Source: a virus (Duplodnaviria > Caudoviricetes). Taken from it: a DNA stretch of 54,567 nucleotides. The translations under genes were made by a program, and so were the position numbers. The notes under the pieces were generated by a model. It was not told the origin of the DNA and did no database searches. It saw only the letters and a program-made list of their open reading frames with translations. The stretch spans positions 1 to 54,567 of the IMG/VR virus record IMGVR_UViG_3300025326_000042. One strand, written 5' to 3'. Of this stretch, positions 1-8,738 are shown piece by piece; the first letter of the stretch is position 1; every line of letters begins with the position of its first letter.

Positions 1-497
1 TTATCCAGCAGGAGTGCGCCCGCGATGATCACTCGGCGCACCACAGCCTCATTCCAAAGGTACTCCTGTGCGGCATGAGTGTTCTGTGAAGATACGAGCT
101 TATGCGAGATGTTGAAGCTGCACATTCGCGCCATCTCATCGTTCGGAACAATGGTGCCCGCCGTCTCGACTTCCACCGGACACGGGTGCTCGGCGCGGTA
201 GAGGGTAAGAACTTCAGGCAAGGACGACTGCCAGAGCAGAGGCTCGCCGCCTGTGAGCACGACAGCGTGGCAGAGCCCGCCGCCGCCGGTGGTACGCAGC
301 ATCGCGTCGGCAAGCTGCTTGGGAGATTCGTAGACAAGATACTTTCCGAACGCAGGATCACTCTCGTTCCATGTAAACTTGCTGTCGCACCAGGCACACC
401 TCAGATTGCAACGATGCAGCCTGACGAAGAGCGACAGCCTGCCAAGATTCGGCCCCTCTCCCTGTGGAGCCAGATACATCTCGCTGACTTCAATCAC
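1..497 (-). CDS. queE: 7-carboxy-7-deazaguanine synthase, radical SAM (3' end beyond window)
   Basis: Not in the ORF track. Manual translation from GTG at 497 gives MIEVSEMYLAPQGEGPNLGRLSLFVRLHRCNLRCAWCDSKFTW...VVLTGGEPLL...VEVETAGT, with QGEG, CxxxCxxC, TGGEP and VETxG motifs; frame open to base 1. Confidence 0.93.
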   Translation of the reverse strand, partial: MIEVSEMYLAPQGEGPNLGRLSLFVRLHRCNLRCAWCDSKFTWNESDPAFGKYLVYESPKQLADAMLRTTGGGGLCHAVVLTGGEPLLWQSSLPEVLTLYRAEHPCPVEVETAGTIVPNDEMARMCSFNISHKLVSSQNTHAAQEYLWNEAVVRRVIIAGALLLD

Positions 498-702
498 CTC
501 CGCGCTCCTTCGCCAGCCCACGACACGCTCCACAAACAACCGCGCTTCTCTTCCTTCGAAGAAATGTTCGCACCTCATCAGCCATCGTAGTGAGTTCATA
601 GTGCCTATCAACGACAATGACTTCCACGTTGCCGTCCTCACCTACAGAAAAGATGTGGTTACATTCATCACATGTCCAATAGATTTCGCTAACCTCAATC
701 AT
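490..702 (-). CDS. small Cys-containing hypothetical protein
   Basis: ATG at 702 overlaps the upstream stop (ATGATTGA); CDEC and CGAC pairs suggest a zinc ribbon. Confidence 0.6.
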   Translation of the reverse strand: MIEVSEIYWTCDECNHIFSVGEDGNVEVIVVDRHYELTTMADEVRTFLRRKRSAVVCGACRGLAKERGGD

Positions 703-1195
703 GTGATTTATCCCCCGTATAGAAGAACTGCTCTCCAACCTCTTCTGGACTAGGATGAGTCTGTTGTGGCATCGTGGCCTCCTTCGCTAGCACTGCCATA
801 CACTCCTCCAAAGTCTGAAAACGCCGAATCTCGCTCAGGCAGTGAAACGCATTCTCGATAGGGCCTATCACCCAGATGTCTTTACCCGTAGCGAGAGCGT
901 AGCCAAGCTCGACGTGTCTGCCCCCACGGCTGGACACTGTATGGGGCGTCTCACTGAAGCATATCACGAGGTCGGCATGATCGATGTCGGCCAAGTCTTC
1001 TCTGGCATAGCGTTCCCCAAGCTGCCTATACACCTCTCCATTCCCAAGCTCGTCATCCGAGATGATATGGCCCCCCTTGATCCAGCGAGAGGTGATAATG
1101 AAGTTGTTCGTTTTCAACCAAGCGGCGAAGGCAAGCAACATCTCTCTCTTCCGATATCTTCCATCTAGGTAGATTCTACGGTGTCCATTCGGCAT
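695..1195 (-). CDS. nucleoside 2-deoxyribosyltransferase / nucleotide N-glycosidase family protein
   Basis: RIYLxG start, 'EDLADIDHADLVI' and 'GRHVELGYALATGK' with the nucleophile Glu; alternative start at 1225. Confidence 0.8.
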   Translation of the reverse strand: MPNGHRRIYLDGRYRKREMLLAFAAWLKTNNFIITSRWIKGGHIISDDELGNGEVYRQLGERYAREDLADIDHADLVICFSETPHTVSSRGGRHVELGYALATGKDIWVIGPIENAFHCLSEIRRFQTLEECMAVLAKEATMPQQTHPSPEEVGEQFFYTGDKSHD

Positions 1196-1235
1196 AGCAC
1201 TTCTCCGTCTCGTACAGCCGGACACGGCTCAGTAT

Positions 1236-2147
1236 TTAGGCTCCTCCTGCTCGTGCGCTCACCACCTTTCTTCCAAGGAGCCAAGCGCTTTTCTTCCGCG
1301 ATTTATCCCAACCGTATGCTTCCAGTAGAGCATCGGTGGAGATTTCAGACCAAGAAGTATCAGTCTCCTCGAAGCGAATGCGGTGGAGCCCCTTTAATCC
1401 AATGGACTCCAACCGAAACCAGCACCAAACAAGCATCTCCTCGGATGTTGGGTTAGGTAGAAAATCGTTTAGCAATTGATGATCCAAGGGCTCGACAACT
1501 GCGCTCTTGACACAGGCTTTGAGGTCGGCAAAGTCCATTACCACTCCATTAGGATCGAGGCGCCCTCGAACCTCGACATTCAGATGCCCCGTATGACCAT
1601 GAAGCCGCGCACATTTCCCCGGATGCCAGGGCAATATGTGAGCATACTCGAATGAGAAGCGCTTCCCAACTGTGACGAACGGCGCCTTCTTCTGCTTCGG
1701 GTGCTTTTTGCTCATGCCATAATGAAAGCGCCACATGTGACAAGGCACACAAACCCAAACCAGATTCGTCAGCAGATAATTGTCGTGGTTCTCATCAAGA
1801 TGATGAGCGTTGAGAACGGCACGGCTCCCACAGTACCGACATACCTTTTCTTCGTACTGCTCCAGGATCTCAGCATAGTGCGTCTTGCCCCAAGTCCATA
1901 ATGGATTCCTTTTCCCATATCTTCCAGACATCCCATTTATCCTGCTGTTGTAAGCACCCCGCTTCCATTGACGGCGTACTGCGGTGGCGATACGAAGCCG
2001 GACAGATGGACGCTGGGCTCCGTTTATTTTCTGGCCCAAACCGTTCTCATCTCTATTAGCCCATGCGGCGCGCATCTTTGCTGCTATATCAGCGCGCATT
2101 CTCGCGGCGACTTCTGGTGAATACGAGGATAGTGGTTTCCGTCCCAT
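1236..2147 (-). CDS. queD: HNH endonuclease fused to 6-carboxytetrahydropterin synthase
   Basis: N-half has CRYC...HHLDENHDN...NLVWVCVPCH (HNH). C-half has FSFEYAH...CARLHGH...VMDFADLK...LDHQLLND...PTSEE...EET (QueD). SD GGGGAGG before ATG 2147. Confidence 0.9.
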   Translation of the reverse strand: MGRKPLSSYSPEVAARMRADIAAKMRAAWANRDENGLGQKINGAQRPSVRLRIATAVRRQWKRGAYNSRINGMSGRYGKRNPLWTWGKTHYAEILEQYEEKVCRYCGSRAVLNAHHLDENHDNYLLTNLVWVCVPCHMWRFHYGMSKKHPKQKKAPFVTVGKRFSFEYAHILPWHPGKCARLHGHTGHLNVEVRGRLDPNGVVMDFADLKACVKSAVVEPLDHQLLNDFLPNPTSEEMLVWCWFRLESIGLKGLHRIRFEETDTSWSEISTDALLEAYGWDKSRKKSAWLLGRKVVSARAGGA

Positions 2148-2210
2148 TCTAGCCTCCCCTATGATTCGGCAAGTGGTGTGCCGCCTCAAAACGATACGTC
2201 TTCCCTATTT

Positions 2211-2768
2211 TCACGCTAGTCCAAACTCCTCTCTTGCTGGTTCGTATGCCATTGCGGCCTCCTCCCCCTGCTGGACGTAAACACACCAAATTACTGCGTG
2301 AACGTCATACTGGATGCGTATCCATTCCAAGATGGAAAAGCGCCTTCCAACACCAATAAGGTACCTATGCTTGGCTCGCCAGTCAATGATGATGCCATCC
2401 TTGGCATCCTTATATAGCTCCCTATACTCTGGACTCCGAGACGCAACCCCTTCGGGGATGATACCTGCTAAAACAAGGGAGCCAGAATGCCTCTTTCCAT
2501 CACCGCGAGCCGAGTTACACTTCCGGTGGGCCAGCCTGAAGTTCTCCAATCGATCCGAACCTCCCATACTTCTTGGAACAATATGATCAACGCTAACATC
2601 ATCTACTGTTGAGAGATACTTACTACATAAAGAACAGATTGGCCCATCCACCTCTAGAAGGTGGGCAACGACAGCTTTCCAAGCAAAGATCCTCTTCTTC
2701 TTATCTTCACTAAGCTCTCCTAAGAGAGTGACGGTGACATCTCTAGATCGTCTATATGCTTTCTTCAT
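2211..2768 (-). CDS. HNH endonuclease with C-terminal extension
   Basis: CSLC...DHIVPRSMGGSD...NFRLAHRKCNSARG; start could be 2819. Confidence 0.85.
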   Translation of the reverse strand: MKKAYRRSRDVTVTLLGELSEDKKKRIFAWKAVVAHLLEVDGPICSLCSKYLSTVDDVSVDHIVPRSMGGSDRLENFRLAHRKCNSARGDGKRHSGSLVLAGIIPEGVASRSPEYRELYKDAKDGIIIDWRAKHRYLIGVGRRFSILEWIRIQYDVHAVIWCVYVQQGEEAAMAYEPAREEFGLA

Positions 2769-2892
2769 GGTCAAAACCCCCCAGACGGCCCGAGTCTCTC
2801 TCTCATCATATATTCTCAATTAATTAATGTCACTCTGTCACTCTTAGAAGGGAGCTAGATAGGAGACAGGTCTGAGACAGAGTGACATCTTT
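2722..2892. other. putative replication origin (iterons plus AT-rich tract)
   Basis: Perfect 13-bp inverted repeat ATGTCACTCTGTC (2827-2839) / GACAGAGTGACAT (2876-2888), further GTGAC/GAGACA units, AT tract at about 2805-2828; lies just downstream of the primase-helicase. Confidence 0.55.
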
Positions 2893-2925
2893 GTCCCCAG
2901 TTATACAGCCTAATCCAGTGAGGCA

Positions 2926-5919
2926 CTAATGTACCTCACTGATATTTAGCAGCTTGAGTGGCATGGACACCAGCCTGATCTGTCTTTTGTGACGACCAAC
3001 CCGAAGTCGATGCTCGTAGGCGCCATAGCCATTCTTGGCTTCCTGCAAGACCGCACTCCATGAAAAAGTGACCTCTCTGCCCTGACGGCGCATCTCACGA
3101 TGATACCAACTGAAGGTCGTACTCTCGTTCAAATGCATGATGCGTCGAGTCTTCGTATCTTGTCGCTCATACTTGCCTCTAGACCACCAGCCGATGATCT
3201 CGGCGCGAGGAGAATCAGGCAATCGCGTTCTCGTCCCCGTGATGCCACGCAGCGGCATGAGTGATACTTTCCCCGCCTCGGCTTCGCTTGCGATGTAGTC
3301 GAGCATCTGCCTTAACGGAGCAAGACGCTTCACTTCTTCCCCTCGTTCCCTCGTGCCGGATACCAGACCACGAATGCCCGCTCGCATCCAGCGCCGCGCT
3401 TCGGCATACTGTTTCGGGTAGCACTCCTCCACGAACGCCAAGAACACATCACCCACCGCCGCCACTGTACTGACAGACGCCAGAAGCCTCCTGTGCATGT
3501 CATATCGTTCGGATGTTTCCAGCAGCTTTCGGTGCCAGCGCTCGCGCTTCTCCTCGACCTCGCGCTTCTCGAAGAGACTGTCCTGTCGAGCGAGCCAAGA
3601 GAGATAGTGTCCGCCGAGTAGCTGCATTGTTCCTGCATCAACAGCATCCTGCGCCACACGGAGTTTCTGGTCGTCGATGTCCCGGTCATGAATATCCAGG
3701 AATATCGTCCTGGCGACCATCGACGCCTCGCGCTCCCAGCGATCTTCTCCATTGCTGAGCATCACAGCTTGAAGCTCCAGGCTCTTGCGACGCTCCCCCG
3801 ACGACTTTAAGCGCTGACGCATCGACTTGTCAGCATAGGCCTGCACAAGCTCGCGCATCCCACGCTTGTCATACACGGCGCCCTCTTTATAGTCATCCAC
3901 CAACACCGTCATATCCTTCGCAGCGCTGAGCAAAGACCTGAGTGCGGACGGCGAGACGGATGTCCAGCTTGCAGTCGGGGGCGTCGTCTTGCGGAATGTC
4001 CCGAACAGCGACATCGCCGCGAGACAGAAACTCGTCTTCAAGACACCCGTTCTCCCCGTGATATGCAGCAGCGACGGCACCTCGTCCGCACCAGCAGACC
4101 AAACCGGCCCCATGAGCACCTGCAAGACTATTGGCACCGTGATGCCGAGCGGCCCACATTCGATGAGCGCTCGCAATGCTCCCCACGCCTGGCGCTTCTC
4201 TCCTTTCGATGCTGGCAGTCTGACGCCCCTGCCGTAAGGCTCGAATTCTTTTCGTGCGATCTCATCCTCGATCTCGGCAAGTTCGTCCATCCGCATCCTG
4301 AGATCAGTCTTCAGCCCCCTCCTCGTGATCGCGCCAAGTGCAGAGGGAAGCAGGTACACGCGCTCTTCTTCTCCAAGATCGTTCGTAATCGTCCACCACC
4401 CAGGCGTTGCTCGGATGCTGTAGCGTTGCACCTCATGCGGGTTCGTCAGTTCCAGGATAGCAGGCTTCAGGTGAACATGGCCATTATGCGAGACAATGTA
4501 GTCATGGGAGAGCTTGTGCGAGAGCGCCCGCTCAAGAGACCCCGTGCTGTCAAACTCGTCCGCTCGCAGTGAGACCTCGCGCACGTGGCCGGTCGCGGAT
4601 GTGATCTGGACACGCCAAACACGATCAGGCGTCGCACTCCCTTTATCAACCACGATCTCTGAGAGGAGCTTCACCATGAAGTTTGCGACTCGCGTTTGGG
4701 TAGTGGCCTTCTTGTGGTAGGTGACATGGTATAGCCTGCCAACCTCCTCATCCCAAAGATAGCTCGGTTGGTCGTCCACCACGTCCGCCGCCTTATCCGC
4801 GCCAGTCTTAGACACCAGATCAAGCTCATCCGGCGGCTCAGCGCCGTCTGGTGGCGGCTCTGGCCGCATATTCTCGGCGTCCAGCGCTCGTATGGCGGCT
4901 ATGTGGTAGCGCTTGTCCGCAGCAGAGCGGCTACGACGGCCACGCTCGACATCCGACTCAAACTTCCCATAATACACGCGGTCGAGCTTCTTGATGATGC
5001 CCGCGAGGATAAGGGAGTCCACCGAGGCGATATTGTACTGCTTCGCGGTACGCAATATTTGGCAGGCCGCGAAGTGCTCCCAGCCACTTAAGTCCTTCTC
5101 GGTATCTCGCACACCCTCTAGCCGCTCACCACGGAGCCTTCGCCTGATGTTCAGCAGATCATCAGCACGAGCGACCCGCTGTGAGATGTCATGGAGATCG
5201 TATTCTTCGATGGGTGTGTCCGGCAGGTTCTCGACATCGACATTGCGGGTCTCGACTGGCTCCACACCATGAGGCGCCAGCAAGCGCCTGACATACTTCA
5301 GCGCATCGGTCGTCTCTATAAGGTGTGGTATCCAGTCGCCCGCTTTCTGGCCGATCCACTTATAGAGCCTTCCAACCGGAGCAGCAGACGGAGGAGCGAT
5401 GACGTAAGAGCCTAGGCCTTGTATGCTGCCGATTTTGTGGCCGGTGACTTTATCTCTCAGATGCCTTGTGCGCTTATCGCCAGAGCATAGGAAGTACACA
5501 TGGACTCCGCGCCCAGTTCGCACGGCGCCTGTTTCATCTTGTAACACCGTCTCGGGAGCGAGGAGCGCAGCAGCGATCTCGGCGTCATCTACGTCGAGTG
5601 CCAGGAGATTCTTGTGGCCGAGCGCAATACCTATATTGGCAGTCTTCGGCCAGCGTGCTATCTCATCCAGATCGGTCGTCGCGCTCTGGACGCCATGCGG
5701 GCTGATCTTCGCAAGCGGATGCTTGCCAGGTGACAAACATCGACTATCGTCACACGAGCAGCCGGTAGGTGTGTTCGTATAGCAGGCTAGAACCGGCCAG
5801 CTCTGCGCGGCATACGCGAGTGCGGCTTCTCGAATACTAGAGCCGGAAGCGCGCCTTCTTCCTCTTCTTGGGTTTAGGCTCCGCTTCTTCGGTCTGGTCT
5901 GTGGGTTTGACATTGCCAT
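2926..5919 (-). CDS. bifunctional primase/polymerase fused to DUF927-like helicase
   Basis: Prim-pol motifs PGKHP, NIGIA, DVD, TGRGVH, YVIAPPS; C-terminal Walker A GRTGVLKTS and Walker B VLVDD. Confidence 0.88.
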   Translation of the reverse strand: MAMSNPQTRPKKRSLNPRRGRRRASGSSIREAALAYAAQSWPVLACYTNTPTGCSCDDSRCLSPGKHPLAKISPHGVQSATTDLDEIARWPKTANIGIALGHKNLLALDVDDAEIAAALLAPETVLQDETGAVRTGRGVHVYFLCSGDKRTRHLRDKVTGHKIGSIQGLGSYVIAPPSAAPVGRLYKWIGQKAGDWIPHLIETTDALKYVRRLLAPHGVEPVETRNVDVENLPDTPIEEYDLHDISQRVARADDLLNIRRRLRGERLEGVRDTEKDLSGWEHFAACQILRTAKQYNIASVDSLILAGIIKKLDRVYYGKFESDVERGRRSRSAADKRYHIAAIRALDAENMRPEPPPDGAEPPDELDLVSKTGADKAADVVDDQPSYLWDEEVGRLYHVTYHKKATTQTRVANFMVKLLSEIVVDKGSATPDRVWRVQITSATGHVREVSLRADEFDSTGSLERALSHKLSHDYIVSHNGHVHLKPAILELTNPHEVQRYSIRATPGWWTITNDLGEEERVYLLPSALGAITRRGLKTDLRMRMDELAEIEDEIARKEFEPYGRGVRLPASKGEKRQAWGALRALIECGPLGITVPIVLQVLMGPVWSAGADEVPSLLHITGRTGVLKTSFCLAAMSLFGTFRKTTPPTASWTSVSPSALRSLLSAAKDMTVLVDDYKEGAVYDKRGMRELVQAYADKSMRQRLKSSGERRKSLELQAVMLSNGEDRWEREASMVARTIFLDIHDRDIDDQKLRVAQDAVDAGTMQLLGGHYLSWLARQDSLFEKREVEEKRERWHRKLLETSERYDMHRRLLASVSTVAAVGDVFLAFVEECYPKQYAEARRWMRAGIRGLVSGTRERGEEVKRLAPLRQMLDYIASEAEAGKVSLMPLRGITGTRTRLPDSPRAEIIGWWSRGKYERQDTKTRRIMHLNESTTFSWYHREMRRQGREVTFSWSAVLQEAKNGYGAYEHRLRVGRHKRQIRLVSMPLKLLNISEVH

Positions 5920-6334
5920 CCGCTCCTCGCGTCGGTTCGTCCTTCTTCTTCATCGAGGGGTAGATTGCTTCGTAGTGCGCTCGAATCGCCGCCGCGAAGG
6001 CGACCAGTTGCATGTCCGAGAGTCTGATGATGAGCCGTGAGTCCCACCACTGAACTTCGTTCTCCCAAGCCAGATGCTCGGCCACCCAAAGCGCCTCGGC
6101 GTAGCCAATGCGCTTGATGATCCCAACGACCGTCTTCTCGGCCCGCTCTCGACGGCTTGGCATGACGGATGCTCGCTTCTGGTACGCGTCGAGCGGGTGT
6201 CTCATCCGTTCGAGTGTTAGATGCTGCCAGCGAGCGTGAGCCTCACAGTACGATGTTCCGTCTTCCGCGTACTGCCAGACAGGCGCGTCGCAGAGGGAAC
6301 AGATATCAGTGAGTTTGGAGTGATGCTTCTTCAA
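5837..6334 (-). CDS. hypothetical protein
   Basis: Fills the operon gap and overlaps neighbours; N-terminal CxxC...CxxH. Confidence 0.6.
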   Translation of the reverse strand: MKKHHSKLTDICSLCDAPVWQYAEDGTSYCEAHARWQHLTLERMRHPLDAYQKRASVMPSRRERAEKTVVGIIKRIGYAEALWVAEHLAWENEVQWWDSRLIIRLSDMQLVAFAAAIRAHYEAIYPSMKKKDEPTRGADGNVKPTDQTEEAEPKPKKRKKARFRL

Positions 6335-6617
6335 GATGGATATCCCACATCAGTAGTTGGTGGATGCAGTCCTGGAGACTGTCGGCGACGAAAGCGACTC
6401 CTCCAGCCGAGATGATCCTGAGGAGGTGATGCTTCTGCATCTCGGTAGGAAGTTTTCTTGGCTGTTTCACTTCTATGGCAAAGAACCTTCCATGCCAACA
6501 GCCGATGATGTCAAGGGGGCCCCGCTCCTGCATGGGGCCCCCATGAATCTTAACCGCGTAGCACCCTTGCTGGCGCAGCCATTTGAGAATGGAATCTTTG
6601 ATCGCGGTTTCACTCAT
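6306..6617 (-). CDS. VRR-NUC nuclease (Holliday junction resolvase-like)
   Basis: SE..I...I..WL; D(II)...FFAIEVK...PT..Q; GG.AFV. Confidence 0.88.
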   Translation of the reverse strand: MSETAIKDSILKWLRQQGCYAVKIHGGPMQERGPLDIIGCWHGRFFAIEVKQPRKLPTEMQKHHLLRIISAGGVAFVADSLQDCIHQLLMWDIHLEEASLQTH

Positions 6618-6913
6618 GACTTCCGCTTGGCTTTGTCTTTATCTTCGCCGCCTTGCTCTCGGTCCTGGCTGCTCCGCTCGCTCCTCTCACTTCTCTCCCG
6701 TTCTCGCTCCTCGCGCAGCGCCCACTCTATGCTCCTCTCATTCGCCAGCGCGAGGAGGCAGGCTGGACTGCACACATGTTTCTGTAGCATCTCTACACTA
6801 CCAAGATACATAGCAGGCCACGTCGGCAACACCTCGCTTATGTGCAAGAAGCCGTATGCTTGTCCAGCGGTTGCGGTTCGGGGGCACTGATCACACTGTA
6901 TGAGATGAGCCAT
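6614..6913 (-). CDS. hypothetical protein
   Basis: ATGA overlap with the downstream gene; CDQC...CSPAC. Confidence 0.55.
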   Translation of the reverse strand: MAHLIQCDQCPRTATAGQAYGFLHISEVLPTWPAMYLGSVEMLQKHVCSPACLLALANERSIEWALREERERERSERSERSSQDREQGGEDKDKAKRKS

Positions 6914-6915
6914 CG

Positions 6916-7161
6916 CTATACTCTCCTACTCACCAGCTCATGTGCGCCCCCCTCTTTCTGGATTGCTTGTTCGGCTCTATCCCTTTCTCGATCCTCTTCC
7001 TCAACAGCCATTCGGATGAGATATCTGAGCGCAATCTCGAAGGCTATTGGCTGTAGACTCTCTTGGACACATACTACGACTCCTAGCGCGTTATTTAGAC
7101 ACTCCCTCAAAAGCGCAACATCCTCCTCTTGATCCTTCTCCCGATCAGAAGCGGGCCTCAT
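6916..7161 (-). CDS. hypothetical protein
   Basis: ATGA overlap with the upstream gene; tight operon packing. Confidence 0.55.
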   Translation of the reverse strand: MRPASDREKDQEEDVALLRECLNNALGVVVCVQESLQPIAFEIALRYLIRMAVEEEDRERDRAEQAIQKEGGAHELVSRRV

Positions 7162-7844
7162 TCTTCGTCCTCATCTTCCTCCTCTTCGTAGAGGTCTTCG
7201 TCTTCGTCTTCGTCCTCTTTGCTCTTGGCCGTACTCTTTACCTTATTCTTGGCTTTAGCAGAAGCCTTGCGAGACTTTCGGGGCTTCTTCTCTTCTTCTT
7301 CTTCTTCTTCCTCTTCCTCCTCCTCTTCCTCCTCTTCGTCTTCGCCACCCTCCTCCTCTTCCTCTTCTTCCTCCTCTTCTTCTTCAGCCGCAGGCTCCTT
7401 CGCCTTCAGCGAGTAGTACGCTTGTGGGGAAGAGACTGTCCGCGCCTTCTGCGATTCTGTCTCTGGCAACGTCGCATCCACGATCTCGGCTATGCACTCG
7501 TGCTTCAGGAGCGCCTTGGCAATCTTCGACAGGGGCACCTTGCCATCTTGCCGCTTGAGTCCGCAAGCGACCATGAAGCCGTGGAGCCTCTGGACACCGA
7601 AGATGCTGTCGTCCGTTCCCTTTCGCGGCAGCACAAACCAATCGCTCACTTTCTTACCCTTGTACTGCCCTTGAGCGATCTCAAGTGTCACGGTTAGCGC
7701 GGGCTTGCCGGTGCTGGTCTGCACAGGTCCCGCTTTGGAACACCTGACTTGGTATGTGGCTTCCGGCACGCGGTCGAACCGCGCTCCTCCGGCTACTGGG
7801 TCTGCACCCTTGAAGTTGACGATTACTTCTGCCACTGGAATCAT
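7158..7844 (-). CDS. DUF669-like single-stranded DNA-binding protein with long acidic tail
   Basis: FDRVPEATYQV...TGKPAL...I..GQYKG.KV.D; poly-Glu/Asp C-terminus; follows the AAA_24 ATPase. Confidence 0.78.
   Translation of the reverse strand: MIPVAEVIVNFKGADPVAGGARFDRVPEATYQVRCSKAGPVQTSTGKPALTVTLEIAQGQYKGKKVSDWFVLPRKGTDDSIFGVQRLHGFMVACGLKRQDGKVPLSKIAKALLKHECIAEIVDATLPETESQKARTVSSPQAYYSLKAKEPAAEEEEEEEEEEEEGGEDEEEEEEEEEEEEEEEEKKPRKSRKASAKAKNKVKSTAKSKEDEDEDEDLYEEEEDEDEE
7285..7385 (-). repeat. GAR trinucleotide low-complexity tract (poly-Glu)
   Basis: Runs of GAA/GAG encoding about 30 acidic residues. Confidence 0.9.
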
Positions 7845-7913
7845 CCTTTCTGTCTAATATCATCAGACGATGAGGGGCTGTGGACTAGCACACTAGGATC
7901 ATGGATCATCCTC

Positions 7914-8738
7914 CTAACTACTCTCTTGTTCTCCTAGATCGACGGTCAGCGTCTCGTCCGGCGCTGCACGAGGGCGCTTGACATCTTCGCCTCGCATCCA
8001 AGCGACGATGCGCCCGAGATTGGGCTTGCGGATGACTGGTGGGAGACTGCGACCGGGTACAGAACGAGCCTTCGTAACGAAGTTAGCGTGCGGGCCGACT
8101 CGCAGATAGCGTTCCCAATCGCCGGAGTCATTCTGGTGCATATAGAGACGGCCAATCAGGATAGGATGTGGGATAAGAGTCCTAAGCGACGCCGGAGTAA
8201 CGTCTGGCACAATGATGCCTTCTTCACTGCCTTCGAGTTCCCGGTCATCTCGCCGCAGCCGCTCCTGCATTGTGAAGTAGACAGGCATAGGGAGCGTTCG
8301 GAATCGCTCAAAGAGTTGGCCCATGAGTTCTCCGATGCTACCGTAGTCCTGGAGTCTGATCTCATAACGCTTCGAGGCGATCTCGTCTCTCTCTTTGAGA
8401 ACTTTCCTACGCGCAAGTTGTTGGCAGGCAGTCCCAGTGTCTATCCCCACCCAATCGTACTTTTTGCCGCTGACGGGCCCCTTCTTGAGAGCGAGATACA
8501 GATCATTCAACTCCTCCCAAGTCTCGGCGGGTGCGATGTCGATGCGATTGGCTTTATCTGCGAGCACCATGTCTCCGCCTTCATACTGCGGTATGTCGAT
8601 GACAAGGCCTTTGCCTGGTATGGTGCCTAGCAGTGTCGTCTTACCAACACCCCCGCGAGCGTAGATGACGACGACGAACTGCTCTGCGGCGGCGATGGGC
8701 TTGCGAATGCGCTCTAGGATCGACTTATGGTTCGCCAC
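7914..8738 (-). CDS. AAA_24 / Sak4-like recombination ATPase
   Basis: Walker A YARGGVGKTT, Walker B VGIDT, 'LQDYG', 'FVTKAR'. Confidence 0.85.
   Translation of the reverse strand: MANHKSILERIRKPIAAAEQFVVVIYARGGVGKTTLLGTIPGKGLVIDIPQYEGGDMVLADKANRIDIAPAETWEELNDLYLALKKGPVSGKKYDWVGIDTGTACQQLARRKVLKERDEIASKRYEIRLQDYGSIGELMGQLFERFRTLPMPVYFTMQERLRRDDRELEGSEEGIIVPDVTPASLRTLIPHPILIGRLYMHQNDSGDWERYLRVGPHANFVTKARSVPGRSLPPVIRKPNLGRIVAWMRGEDVKRPRAAPDETLTVDLGEQESS

Noticed and set aside
102-590. Plus-strand 162-aa ORF and the other plus-strand ORFs in the track
   Set aside because: They are antisense shadows of well-supported minus-strand genes (here queE) in GC-rich DNA, with no recognisable motifs.
7047-7697. 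Plus-strand Phe/Leu-rich ORF resembling a membrane protein
   Set aside because: It is the reverse complement of the poly-Glu tract.
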